Positions 46,846-57,201 of a stretch of 64,000 nt of DNA are shown here, piece after piece. The stretch is from a virus. Positions within the stretch are counted from its first letter, which is position 1. Each line of letters opens with the position of its first letter. Location: positions 1 through 64,000 of IMG/VR virus record IMGVR_UViG_3300008121_000001; one strand, written 5' to 3'. The translations under genes were made by a program, and so were the position numbers. The notes below the pieces were generated by a model that worked only from the letters and a program-made list of their open reading frames with translations, ran no database searches and had not been told where the DNA came from.

Positions 46846-47778
46846 ATGACGACAACTAACTACACTTCCGCCGACCTCACTTACGCTTTTTTACTACAAG
46901 ACATTTTACGCCTCAACAACGTAGTCGAAACACGTAACCATTCGTGTTACTGCAATCCATTTCTCGATAACGTGACATTCGACTCTCTGCCTCTCATCAC
47001 CGTTCGCAAGACAGCTTGGAAACTTGCACTGACTGAGATGGAATGGTTTATGTCTGGTAACTCTAAGTGTCCTGAGAAACTTGCTAAATGGTGGGCTGGT
47101 CAACTTAATCCTGATGGTCATTATTTTGACGGTTATAGTTATCAGTTCAGAAACTCTTCCTATGCTTGGGATACTCAGACTGGGTATGCAATGGGTAGTC
47201 CTCTCGGAGAGTTCGACCAAATTGCTTACATTCTCGATGGACTGAAAAATCACCAACATTCTCGGCGTTTAGTTATGACATCTTGGAATACAGGCGAGAT
47301 GGCTAACATTACGAAAACGAACAACAACCCTCAAACTCCGTCCTGCTGCCACAGTACAGTACTTCAGTTTTTTGTTGTCAACGGTGAGTTACATATCAAA
47401 CACTACGCCAGAAGTCAAGATATGTTACTTGGTTTTCAGGCAAATATCGTACAGTACTGGGCTTTACTTACTTACTTTGCTTTCCACGCTAATCTAAAAG
47501 TTGGCTTACTCACTTGGGTATTTGGCGATGCTCATATATACAATGAAGAATCGCATCTGGAAGCTGCTAAGGAGATTATTGATTTTGGTAATCTTAATAT
47601 TAGAGACTATGCTTGCGGGTTAGCTCGTTTTCCCGACCCTAAAATCGAACTGAAGTTGGTTTACAACTACTCTGGCGAACTTGACTCATTTGGCACACCT
47701 CGCTTTGCTGCTGCCGACTTCACTATTGAAGGTGAGATTCCCAAGCCGACTATATTAACCAAGCCTAAATTATTGTAA
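46846..47778 (+). CDS. thyA: Thymidylate synthase
   Basis: E..WF, SRRL, P.CCH, RSQD..LG...N, GDAHIY. Confidence 0.88.
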   Translation: MTTTNYTSADLTYAFLLQDILRLNNVVETRNHSCYCNPFLDNVTFDSLPLITVRKTAWKLALTEMEWFMSGNSKCPEKLAKWWAGQLNPDGHYFDGYSYQFRNSSYAWDTQTGYAMGSPLGEFDQIAYILDGLKNHQHSRRLVMTSWNTGEMANITKTNNNPQTPSCCHSTVLQFFVVNGELHIKHYARSQDMLLGFQANIVQYWALLTYFAFHANLKVGLLTWVFGDAHIYNEESHLEAAKEIIDFGNLNIRDYACGLARFPDPKIELKLVYNYSGELDSFGTPRFAAADFTIEGEIPKPTILTKPKLL

Positions 47779-47945
47779 TCTACTCCTTTAGATAGATACA
47801 ATCAATAGTTACATGATGTTAACTTTAAGACAGTAAACATCATGTAATTTTTCATGTTAACTTTTTTAATAGCTACATTTGGTACTGCTTTTATATGTTG
47901 GCTAATTTCATTAGCTTGTGGCACTGAAGGAAATGGTAAGTCTTA

Positions 47946-48548
47946 ATGGTAAAACATGACATTCGCCTCCGAGTCAACAATCTCATTCGTCAACTAGACT
48001 ACCCTCAAATCAAGCTAAAACGTCTTGATGTTGATAAGGTACGCAATTGGTGTTACGTCAATATTCCTAAAGCAGTTTCTAGATTTAAAGATAATCGTTT
48101 CGACTTAAACGAATCGACAACTTGGGAAGAGCTTGTTTGCTATAACACCATCTTACAAATTTATGGTCGTAAAGTGGCTGTATATTTCACTTTCGGATGG
48201 CTCGATTATCAGGGGGTAAAAGAGTTCATTCAATCTAAGAAGGGGGCAAAGTTCCGCCAAGAGTTCGGGCTTGACCATCACAGTGCAATCTTGCTATCAC
48301 CCCAGACGTTCTTTTCTGCCGAGTCGTTAGACGAGTTTTGGGTAAGTTTTGATTTGAAAGGAGGTAGAGGGTATAATTTCCTAGATTACTCCCATTACAA
48401 TGAGAATGAAGATATGGACTCATCTCAATATCAGTGGCTTAATGACGCACTCTCCGAACAAGAGGACGCAAAAATCAAAAACCCTTACCCAGACCTAGAC
48501 CGACGCACTAAAACCAGAAAGAAAAAAGATGTCCCTATTACCAACTAA
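47946..48548 (+). CDS. Hypothetical protein
   Basis: ORF downstream of a GATAGA-type promoter at 47791. Confidence 0.6.
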   Translation: MVKHDIRLRVNNLIRQLDYPQIKLKRLDVDKVRNWCYVNIPKAVSRFKDNRFDLNESTTWEELVCYNTILQIYGRKVAVYFTFGWLDYQGVKEFIQSKKGAKFRQEFGLDHHSAILLSPQTFFSAESLDEFWVSFDLKGGRGYNFLDYSHYNENEDMDSSQYQWLNDALSEQEDAKIKNPYPDLDRRTKTRKKKDVPITN

Positions 48549-48936
48549 AAAATACGCTCGAATCCCACAGCAACAACCTGAACTTGTTGTTATTAAAAAA
48601 GAGCCACCAACACTCATCGAAGTACTTGAAAATGAAGAGTACGACCTTCAATACAAACTCAATCAAATCGAGGAAGCTAAAAGTAGAGAACGTGACCTGA
48701 GATTGCGCCTCAATGTAGTTCAACAGTCGTTGCAAGCATTTCGCGCTTTGGAAGTTGCACCAGAGCCTGTACAGGAACAATCCACACCTGCGCCTATCGT
48801 CAAAAATGTTCGGAAAGCCGCCACTAGAAAGACGGCAATACCTGCCCAAAGTAGTATTGCACAAGAACCAGTTGTGAGTGATACTGAAAATATCGACCTT
48901 GTACACGATGATTTTTCAACATTTCCTACTAAATAA
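48529..48936 (+). CDS. Hypothetical coiled-coil protein
   Basis: Packed ORF. Confidence 0.6.
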   Translation: MSLLPTKKYARIPQQQPELVVIKKEPPTLIEVLENEEYDLQYKLNQIEEAKSRERDLRLRLNVVQQSLQAFRALEVAPEPVQEQSTPAPIVKNVRKAATRKTAIPAQSSIAQEPVVSDTENIDLVHDDFSTFPTK

Positions 48937-48938
48937 CT

Positions 48939-49415
48939 ATGCTAGACAATAGCCCTAACGATATGGATTGGTTGTATTTGCAATTAATTCCTTTCGCATC
49001 TATAAATCCAAATGATAATTATAAATGTGTAACTAAACAAAGTAAAAGTACTGCAAAAGACTTGGCTGCGACGATAAAAGGTAATCATGCCGAACTTCTT
49101 TCTCCTGTAGCCGTTTTTAAAAACGAGTACATTTATGACAATGTAAAAAACAAGAAGGAATTTATTGTTTCTCTTGGTATTTTCGACCTCGACCCCAGTT
49201 CTGCTATCATCACTGTAACTAAAAACAACAATCTTGAAGTCACTTGGACTGAACGAGCTGGTAAAGGAAAATTCTCTAGTAAGATTCCTAGCTACCTAGT
49301 TGCCACTTCAGCACCTGTATTAAGCTACGAGGGAGGAGTACTTAACATCTCAGTTCCAGTGAAGTCTAGAAATGAAGATGAAACGGTATTTATCGGTAAG
49401 CTTGAATCGAAGTAG
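48939..49415 (+). CDS. Divergent Hsp20/alpha-crystallin-like protein
   Basis: LSYEGGVLNISVP resembles the A.Y.NGVL.I..P signature. Confidence 0.5.
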   Translation: MLDNSPNDMDWLYLQLIPFASINPNDNYKCVTKQSKSTAKDLAATIKGNHAELLSPVAVFKNEYIYDNVKNKKEFIVSLGIFDLDPSSAIITVTKNNNLEVTWTERAGKGKFSSKIPSYLVATSAPVLSYEGGVLNISVPVKSRNEDETVFIGKLESK

Positions 49416-49476
49416 TAAAGAATTACAAAAACTAATTCTCCCTATCCTTATTGAAAGGGTAAAGCAATAAATTTAT

Positions 49477-49504
49477 AGGGGACGCTGCGGTGTCCCTTTT
49501 CTTT
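49477..49504 (+). terminator. Rho-independent terminator
   Basis: AGGGGACGC-TGCG-GTGTCCCTT followed by T run. Confidence 0.75.
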
Positions 49505-49640
49505 TACTAAAGAGTAACCATGTTTAACTTTGACCAACTCTACAAATTGATGCTTGAATATCTACTAATAGTAGTATTGACTATTCTTGGTCTTCAAGTT
49601 ACACTTCTGTTTGTCAAAACTATTTGGGATTTATATAGCT

Positions 49641-50279
49641 ATGGCAGACCCTAGACACTACAGTATTTCAATTCTCGAAAACTTCTCAGATAAGCCGCTA
49701 CAAGAAATTGTACTTGCAGTTGCAAGAAAGATTGAAAAAGAAATTTCCGAGGATGATTTCACCCTTTGGGATGAGGCTCAAGGTTTGGAATTAGGTACAA
49801 ACTTCTTAACTACAGAAGAAGCTTACACTTGGTACAGTGTCGCAGAAGACCTTGCTCTAGTATTCGCAGATTTTCCTGACACCTGCTTCTGTCTCTCTGT
49901 CAGCGACGGCGAAGCTGGTGGTCAGTATCGTATCTTGTTCTTCAATGGTAAATGGGTCAAACAATATCCCGAAATCCACTACGAAGACTTTCGTCCTAAT
50001 GATTTTGAATACCAAGTTTCAGCAAAAAAATCTTTACTGGATGAGCGCATTACTAAGATTGCCGAAATGATTGAGAGTGATGTAACTTCTCCTTTTGACC
50101 AAGCTGTAGACGCTCTTGTCAAAAAGAGTCTTTCTATTAATCAGGACAATCTTGCTGAAGTTATAGCTGAGATGGACAGACGTATAGAAAAAGCTTTTGG
50201 GCATTGCAGAAAAGAGGTTACTATAACTACTACAGACGTGCCTAATAACCTAAAATCTGATAAATGGGAAAAATTATAA
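49641..50279 (+). CDS. Hypothetical protein
   Basis: Likely start MADPRH. Confidence 0.6.
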   Translation: MADPRHYSISILENFSDKPLQEIVLAVARKIEKEISEDDFTLWDEAQGLELGTNFLTTEEAYTWYSVAEDLALVFADFPDTCFCLSVSDGEAGGQYRILFFNGKWVKQYPEIHYEDFRPNDFEYQVSAKKSLLDERITKIAEMIESDVTSPFDQAVDALVKKSLSINQDNLAEVIAEMDRRIEKAFGHCRKEVTITTTDVPNNLKSDKWEKL

Positions 50280-50289
50280 AGGGAGAGAC

Positions 50290-50769
50290 ATGATGCTTAA
50301 TACAATACCACAAGGCGCTAACATTCTCGATGTTGACCTCACTAATCCTGAGAACTCCATTTTCATACCTGTGAACTGTGTTGGAGTTATGGGTAGAGGT
50401 TTAGCCCTTGATTTCAAGAAAAAATACCCAAACCTAGTTTGGCAATATGAAAATCTTTGTCAAAAACATTATCTTCAGGTCGGTTTCCCTGAGTTCATCT
50501 CTTTCGATGGTTCTTGTTTAAATATTGTTCTTTTTCCGACTAAAAAACACTGGAAAGACTCTTCCCAATTACACTGGATTAAATCTGGGTTACTGGAATT
50601 ATCTGTAAGTGCTAACTTAGACTTCCAGTATTGGCGTAAACAAGCTCGCAATCTACATATACCAAAACTTGGTTGTGGTCTTGGAGGTCTTAATTGGGTT
50701 GATGTACGCCCTTTGATTGCACAGTTTGCAGATATGATGCCTGAACATGAGATGTATTTATATGAGTAG
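50290..50769 (+). CDS. Macro-domain ADP-ribose hydrolase (DarG/TARG1-like)
   Basis: VNCVGVMGRGLA, FPTK.HW, PKLGCGLGGL.W. Confidence 0.85.
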   Translation: MMLNTIPQGANILDVDLTNPENSIFIPVNCVGVMGRGLALDFKKKYPNLVWQYENLCQKHYLQVGFPEFISFDGSCLNIVLFPTKKHWKDSSQLHWIKSGLLELSVSANLDFQYWRKQARNLHIPKLGCGLGGLNWVDVRPLIAQFADMMPEHEMYLYE

Positions 50770-50772
50770 AAT

Positions 50773-51225
50773 ATGTTAGAAAGTTTGCCAACTGAGCCAG
50801 AAGAAGTTAAATTAGTCATCATTGATGATGAGTTAAACAAGCTTTATATTGACACTCAACATCTACTACAGAAATATAGCTCTCTTGTTTCTGAAAATAC
50901 TCCTCTTCTAGTCAACCAAATTAAAAAAGCTCTGAAAGATTTGGATTTTATTTTTGAAAATCTGAACTCTGAAAGCGAGGAATGGGAAATTAACTCCTGT
51001 AAACGCAAATACCAATATTGGCACAAACAACTCACACATTTCGATGAACTATTTATTCCCGAAATCATTGAGAAATATCTCGAAGAAGAGGCGGAAAAAG
51101 AAAAACAAAGCGAATTAGAACGTGAAAAACGTTACCAACTAGAAAAAGCAGAAGCTGAAAAAGCAAAATTAAATAATAGATGGATTGACGAAATGCGTGT
51201 CACCTACTACAATAATATTTTCTAA
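50773..51225 (+). CDS. Hypothetical protein
   Basis: Packed ORF. Confidence 0.55.
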   Translation: MLESLPTEPEEVKLVIIDDELNKLYIDTQHLLQKYSSLVSENTPLLVNQIKKALKDLDFIFENLNSESEEWEINSCKRKYQYWHKQLTHFDELFIPEIIEKYLEEEAEKEKQSELEREKRYQLEKAEAEKAKLNNRWIDEMRVTYYNNIF

Positions 51226-51243
51226 TGCTTAAGGAGAAGATAA

Positions 51244-51621
51244 ATGTCACGAACAAAGAAGCATATTGACCTCAAGTTCCTAAGATGCCTCCATAAACGT
51301 ATTAAGTTTCTCGGTAACCCAAATACACACCGATTTGTGGCTTACTTGCTCAAATTGCGACGTAAAGTTAGTCGTAAGTATGGAGGGACTAACTGGGGCG
51401 ATAATCAGAGGGTAGATACCAAATACAACTTTACACCTAAGTATCGCGCAATGAAACGTGCATCTCGTCGAGAAGCCTTGAAACAAGCACAACAACAACT
51501 TGAGGAATATAAAGATGAGGTAGACTACTTTAGACGAGTGCAGATTCAACGTGATTGGTTGATTGATGTACTTGGAGAACCAGAAGAAGACTTTGACCCA
51601 GCAGGAGGTTATTTTGATTAA
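51244..51621 (+). CDS. Basic hypothetical protein
   Basis: AAGGAG RBS. Confidence 0.6.
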   Translation: MSRTKKHIDLKFLRCLHKRIKFLGNPNTHRFVAYLLKLRRKVSRKYGGTNWGDNQRVDTKYNFTPKYRAMKRASRREALKQAQQQLEEYKDEVDYFRRVQIQRDWLIDVLGEPEEDFDPAGGYFD

Positions 51622-52861
51622 ATTAAGTGGGTACAACGATGAAGTTTAAATTGCTTGCAGATTTTAATTCTGGTGCTGATATTATTGTCCTCTTATTACT
51701 TAGGGTGATGTTTACTTTTGTATTCAAGTCTTTTAAGTATTGGTCTTGGCATTTTCGCACAGATACTGGTACTAACAGTGTTTGGTTCACATTACCCACT
51801 TTTTCTGTGATTATTGATTGGGATAGAACTCATGAAATTTAAACTCCCGCCACGATTCAAGATTTTTCACAATGTCAGTGAAGACTACTATTTCATCAAA
51901 GAACGATTCTGTTTCTTTTGGTATCTCAGGGAAAAGACAGGCAGAGAACTTCAATCTTTTATCTGGAGAAAACAAAAAATGAAAATAGAGAGTCTCCCTC
52001 AACATGTAACCAAATACGATACTCTCGAAGAAGCTAAATCTAAAATTAACTTTCTTCTTGAGTGGGAAAAACAATCTAATACACCTGATGAAATCAAACT
52101 AGTGAAAGAATATGATATTTGAAGAAGAAGCTCTAGAACATCTCGAAGATTTCCAAAAACACTACTTAGGCTTTATAAATCCTCTTGCTTTTGATAGCGG
52201 ATTTAAGAATAGCCTTGTTGCTCTAACTGCAATTGTTCTCAAGCAACAAAAAGAAATTTCTGAGTTGAAAGATTATGTTGAAAACCAAAAACAAGAAGCT
52301 AGATTAGCATTTGAGGATTGGAATTAAATGATTACAACCCTTGAAAATAAAACACCTTCAGATTTTGAACATCAACTACAACTTTGGAATTACCACTACT
52401 CTGACCCTTCAGACAAGTTTTTCAAATATGTAGGTATGGGAATGATGGTACTTGATAATACTTGGAATCTCTCATTTATTATCAGGGGTATGAATGGCAA
52501 ATTACTAACTCATCACAGTAAGCAAATTACGGAGTCTATCGAATATTTGCCTTGGGCTGAAGCTGAGGTTTTTAAAAAGTATCTTCAACTACCAGAACCA
52601 CTTATGTTACATAAACCATGTACATAATTCGTAAATCTTCTAGGAGTGGCAATACTCCTTATGCTTGTGGACTTACTTGTGAAGAAGCTGGTGTACCTTG
52701 TGAATACACCTATAAAGATAAGAATACAGCTATTATTGATGCTGAAAAACTATCTAAAGTAAACCCTATAGGTTTTGATGTTATTAAAATCATTAAGAAA
52801 AGAGGTAAATCCCCAAACTATATTCCTTGGTCTGTCAAAATTTTATGCTGTATAAGGAAAT

Positions 52862-53371
52862 TTAATAGTGAGTGACACTCTTCACATAAATAAGATTGTT
52901 AATACAAGTAAACTCGATAATTGCGAAATTACTTGAAAATGCGAAGGTCGCCCAAGAACCCCATCTCAGTCTTGAGTCCCACCCCGTAATCGTCCAAGCA
53001 CCACTATTCCTATCCAACAATAAGCTACCAGCACCATTTCTCAGCGTTGTCTGTAGGTTAATGGTGCTGTTTTGTGTGAATACCACTCGAACTTGCTCTA
53101 CGCTCGTAAAGTCGGCTACGGTCGTCCCTGAAGTGGTTGTGACGCTCGTAATCGTGTTTAGTTTGTTAGTAGTGTTATTTGACCTGAACCATCTGCCAGC
53201 ACCAACCGTAGGAGCGAATATCTGCCCTGAAACAACAGCGTCAGCAGAGGTTGCATCATAAATGAGCCAAGACTTCAATTCAATGCACACAACCGCAAAA
53301 CTTTGAGGAATCGCACTAACATCAAGATTAAGAATTTCAGTAAGTGTAGAAAAAGAGATAGGATGAGCCAT
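52862..53371 (-). CDS. Putative virion/tail-fibre-associated protein
   Basis: Beta-rich, P..GAGRW motif; co-oriented with the LamG gene. Confidence 0.55.
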   Translation of the reverse strand: MAHPISFSTLTEILNLDVSAIPQSFAVVCIELKSWLIYDATSADAVVSGQIFAPTVGAGRWFRSNNTTNKLNTITSVTTTSGTTVADFTSVEQVRVVFTQNSTINLQTTLRNGAGSLLLDRNSGAWTITGWDSRLRWGSWATFAFSSNFAIIEFTCINNLIYVKSVTHY

Positions 53372-53373
53372 GT

Positions 53374-55143
53374 TTATTCTCCGTAAAAAACGTCAGGAAT
53401 ATAGTCTCCAGTGTACCGCGCAGTCTTGGTGACTCTTAGTTGAGCAATTTCAATCCAACTTCTACTGCGGAATAACGAGGTGTTAAGATTTGCTACTGCA
53501 CTGTCTTGACTATACAACCTCTTGATGCTAAATTCCGAGCTTGACGAGCTTGTATTCATCACTTCGCTGGTTGTATCAGTTGCTTCTAATTCGCCATTCA
53601 AGAATAGAGAACAAGTTGTGCCAGATTTTACAAAAGACACATCAACTATCGTGCTATCGGGGATATCAGTCACACCATCCAAAGTAAAGCTGCCGAAAGC
53701 AATTCTGAGCTTGAGGTCATAGATGCCCCACGTAAAGCCACCTTCAACATCAATAATCGCACCTCGCGTATTGCCAGAAGGATTGAATATTTTAGCTTCG
53801 AGCGTGACATTGCCAGTTATTTCTAAATTGCTGTTGGTATATCCAATGTGCGAGTACTTATTGAGCCGTCCTGACGCGATAAGAGGTTGAACCGTAACAT
53901 TCGACGTAAAACTACGCGAAAGGGTGTACTGGGCAAAATCGGCATCGCTGACGTTATACTTCAGTAGCAAAACAGTGGAAGCAGTGAGTGTATCATTGGG
54001 TGGAACGTCATTGGCAGAAAAAGGAGTGCTGGCTGCTGTATTAATGGTAAGTTGGCGCAAATATCCTTGCCAACTCTGGGAAGTCCATGAAGGTGTTCCT
54101 ACTGCATTTTTTAAGCTACCTATGCACAGTGGCTCGGTTGAGTTGTTGTTGAAATTATTAGTTGCTTTAAGATGGGTGCTCAGGACTCCATCGATAAATA
54201 TTTTGTAGACTCGCCCGATTCTATTAATGACAACGCTATGCTCGGCTATATCGTCTGGAAGGACACAAGAGAGCGTGTTACTACCAAAGATAGCAAACAA
54301 GGTACTATCAGTCGCTACACCCACATAAAAGCCAGCACTGGAAGAGCGATGGCTACCCAAGATACATCCATAGTTCCCTGCGGTCATCTTGGCAGAAAAG
54401 AAGGAGATGGTAAAGTCAGTTTCGTTGAGGTCGATTGCCGATGTTTTCGTCGCCTCAAGTCTGCCCCCTGAAAGGATTAGACGGGCTTTGACTATGCTCG
54501 GAGTGCCGATTGTATTGCCGATTGTTGAGATGCCCGAACCTGTATATGTAGTTGTTGATGATGCGAACGCCAAATACAATACTTCGCTGGAAGGGGCTAT
54601 CCAATTTATTTTCTGCACCATAGCGACTGCGCCAGCAGGAGTGATATTGTCGCTGTAGTCGATATTTGCGTAGAGTTTATTGATGTATTGCAGTTCTAAG
54701 ACTTGCTTTCCAAAATATGCCGTGAGCAGTGTTACTAGACTATATTGTTTGGGTAGCGCAAAAATATCAGTGAAATTCTTGATTATGTGACCGTTTGAGA
54801 TAAGCTCGATATAGTATTTTGTGTACTTGCCAGCATTGAGGATTGTAAGTGTAGTGTTGGCAGCTAGGGTGATGCTGATGTACTGTGTGACGCTAGCTAG
54901 GTCAAGTGAGTATGTGTCGGTTGAGATATTTATTGAGGTCAAGTCGTATGCGTTAATACTGTTCTGGGGAATGTACTCGAAGCCAGAAGATGCATTGAGA
55001 CTGTTAGCCGCCTCTGTAAAGATTCCCCAACATTTGCGGTCAAAATTAATTAAAGGCGTATTTGCAGGTAATAACAAGGAATCTAGTGCCGAAAGCTCTA
55101 AATCACTGTTTATCGTATAGCCGTTGCGAGGTGGTCTGCTCAT
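53374..55143 (-). CDS. LamG/concanavalin-like tail or virion protein
   Basis: Two LamG-like repeats (DFTI...IFIDG; LFLNG...LRVTK.ARY). Confidence 0.7.
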   Translation of the reverse strand: MSRPPRNGYTINSDLELSALDSLLLPANTPLINFDRKCWGIFTEAANSLNASSGFEYIPQNSINAYDLTSINISTDTYSLDLASVTQYISITLAANTTLTILNAGKYTKYYIELISNGHIIKNFTDIFALPKQYSLVTLLTAYFGKQVLELQYINKLYANIDYSDNITPAGAVAMVQKINWIAPSSEVLYLAFASSTTTYTGSGISTIGNTIGTPSIVKARLILSGGRLEATKTSAIDLNETDFTISFFSAKMTAGNYGCILGSHRSSSAGFYVGVATDSTLFAIFGSNTLSCVLPDDIAEHSVVINRIGRVYKIFIDGVLSTHLKATNNFNNNSTEPLCIGSLKNAVGTPSWTSQSWQGYLRQLTINTAASTPFSANDVPPNDTLTASTVLLLKYNVSDADFAQYTLSRSFTSNVTVQPLIASGRLNKYSHIGYTNSNLEITGNVTLEAKIFNPSGNTRGAIIDVEGGFTWGIYDLKLRIAFGSFTLDGVTDIPDSTIVDVSFVKSGTTCSLFLNGELEATDTTSEVMNTSSSSSEFSIKRLYSQDSAVANLNTSLFRSRSWIEIAQLRVTKTARYTGDYIPDVFYGE

Positions 55144-55459
55144 CTCATTATTATACCTCTAGAGGGATTCATAGAAAAGAGGTTGCAGGTAATATTGAGT
55201 GGTTAATCACGAGCAAAGCCAATGAATACTAGACACTTATATATACTCCAAGATGGTAGGGTTCTTGTACTTGAGCATATTGTAGCTATAGGCAGCATTT
55301 ACCCCTCGCGAGATGAGGGTATGTTTTTTCAAGTGGATATGCTTGGTGATGTTTGCTATTGTTATCCAAATGTTGAGTTTGAAAAGACTCGCTCAGCATT
55401 GCAGAACTACAAAACAACTGAACGTGCCGAACTTATTAAAGCACTCGCAGCAATTTAAT

Positions 55460-55816
55460 ATGCTAACAAAAACACTAAAAGTAGGCGACGAAGTTTTCGT
55501 AACTCAAAAAGGATTCCGCAACGAAATTACAAGCTTGGGAGTTTTTCCGATTGCAAAAGTTGGTAGATTATACTTGCACGTAGAAGTCAATTACTCTGCC
55601 CCTGAAAAGTTTAATTTTAACGGTGTAGGCACAGACAGTCGTTATGAGTTGTGGGATAGTGAAGAGTCTTATAAAACTATCACTAAAAGGCAAAAAGAAC
55701 GTGCATCAAAAATCAAACAAATTCAAGCTATAGTCTCTGATTATAAATTTGGAAATAACTTGAGAGATGAGGCGCTTGACGAAATTTTGCAATTAATAAC
55801 ATCACAGGCACATTGA
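55460..55816 (+). CDS. Hypothetical protein
   Basis: LKVGDEV...I.KVGRLY pattern. Confidence 0.6.
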   Translation: MLTKTLKVGDEVFVTQKGFRNEITSLGVFPIAKVGRLYLHVEVNYSAPEKFNFNGVGTDSRYELWDSEESYKTITKRQKERASKIKQIQAIVSDYKFGNNLRDEALDEILQLITSQAH

Positions 55817-56050
55817 TGAGAAAGCCTAAAAATTGTTGTAAAACAAGAATAATGGGTTATCAGTATGAGGGTTACTACGTTATCCAAGAACGTCTATTCT
55901 TTTGGAGTTATACTGACCTAGTGTGTTGGGTTAGAGATACGGGGTATCGGACTGAAGTATATAAAACGCCCCCAACTGAAAAGCTAGCTGAACTGCTTAA
56001 GTATGGCTAGAGGTGCTAGAATCATTAAAACCTAGCAACAGGCGAAGATT

Positions 56051-56758
56051 TTGGCTAAACGACAAAACCAATCATCCACTGCTCTATTCGATATCTCAAA
56101 GCTACTCACAGTTAAGCCACTTACTGAAAATCAAACTCGCGTTTTTGATTATTGGGGTGAGAACTACAATCTAATACTAAGCGGAAGCGCAGGTTCAGGT
56201 AAATCCTTTCTTGCGCTTTTTCTTGCTCTCAAGTCATTCTTGCTCCGTAAGTATGAAAAAGTGATAATCTTCCGTTCGACTGTACCTACCCGTAATCAAG
56301 GCTTTCTTAAGGGTTCACTAGAAGAGAAGCAGCTCCCCTACGAAGATATATATCGTGCAATTTTCGCAGAACTTTTACCTACAATCCCTAATCCTTACGA
56401 TGTACTGAAAAAAGAGAAGACTGTAGAGTTCAAAAGTACATCTTTTGTAAGAGGTCTTACCATCGCAAACTCGATTATCGTGGTTGATGAGTTTCAAAAC
56501 TTAAATTTTCACGAATTATCTTCAGTAATAACTCGTGTAGGTGAAGGTTCAAGGATTATATTTTCAGGGGATTTTTGGCAATCAGATTTCAAGTACGATG
56601 ATGAGAAGGAAGGGGTCTTAAAGTTCTTGAAGATTCTCTCATCTATGGAAGAGGATTTCAAAAGAGTGGACTTCCAAATTTCGGATGTCGTAAGGTCGGG
56701 ACTTTGTAAACGTTTCCTTCTCGCAGAGCATGAACTAAGGCAGTCTAGTAACGCTTAG
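56051..56758 (+). CDS. phoH: PhoH-family ATPase
   Basis: GSAGSGKS, GFLKG, RGLT, VDEFQN, TRVG, GD..QSD, VRSG. Confidence 0.9.
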   Translation: MAKRQNQSSTALFDISKLLTVKPLTENQTRVFDYWGENYNLILSGSAGSGKSFLALFLALKSFLLRKYEKVIIFRSTVPTRNQGFLKGSLEEKQLPYEDIYRAIFAELLPTIPNPYDVLKKEKTVEFKSTSFVRGLTIANSIIVVDEFQNLNFHELSSVITRVGEGSRIIFSGDFWQSDFKYDDEKEGVLKFLKILSSMEEDFKRVDFQISDVVRSGLCKRFLLAEHELRQSSNA

Positions 56759-56975
56759 AGTCTTCTGGAGTAGGGGTTGGTGCATCTACAGGTGCATCAT
56801 CCTCTCCATCGTCATCCCAAAAAATCTCTGCAATGTCATAGAGTTCAAACAAGAGATTTAAGTGAGTTTCTACCATTTCGCTAGTCTTCTCGTTTAATTC
56901 AATGAGTGCTAAATTTTGGGCTTTCGCTATCAGCTTTATTTGATTTTCAATGATAGGATTTAGGTCGGTTTCCAT
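56745..56975 (-). CDS. Small acidic hypothetical protein
   Basis: Minus-strand ORF co-oriented with the RHH gene. Confidence 0.5.
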   Translation of the reverse strand: METDLNPIIENQIKLIAKAQNLALIELNEKTSEMVETHLNLLFELYDIAEIFWDDDGEDDAPVDAPTPTPEDSKRY

Positions 56976-56999
56976 GTTATTTCTCTAGGGGTAGTTTTA

Positions 57000-57146
57000 T
57001 TATACTGTTGTTTCGGGGAGGGAATCAATCCAGTCTTCTAGAACTGCGGTCATTTTCTTATCCTTAGACTCAGAGTACTTTCTAAGTTTTTCGAGTCTTT
57101 TTTCTGATAAGTTTGCGTTAAATCTCTTGCTTTTGTCAATACTCAT
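57000..57146 (-). CDS. Ribbon-helix-helix (CopG-like) DNA-binding protein
   Basis: KRFNANLSEKRLEKLRKYS...KKMT.VLEDWIDSL. Confidence 0.65.
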   Translation of the reverse strand: MSIDKSKRFNANLSEKRLEKLRKYSESKDKKMTAVLEDWIDSLPETTV

Positions 57147-57201
57147 AATCTGTATACGATATGTTATAATCACATTATACATTAAAAAGTGATTACGTGC
57201 A

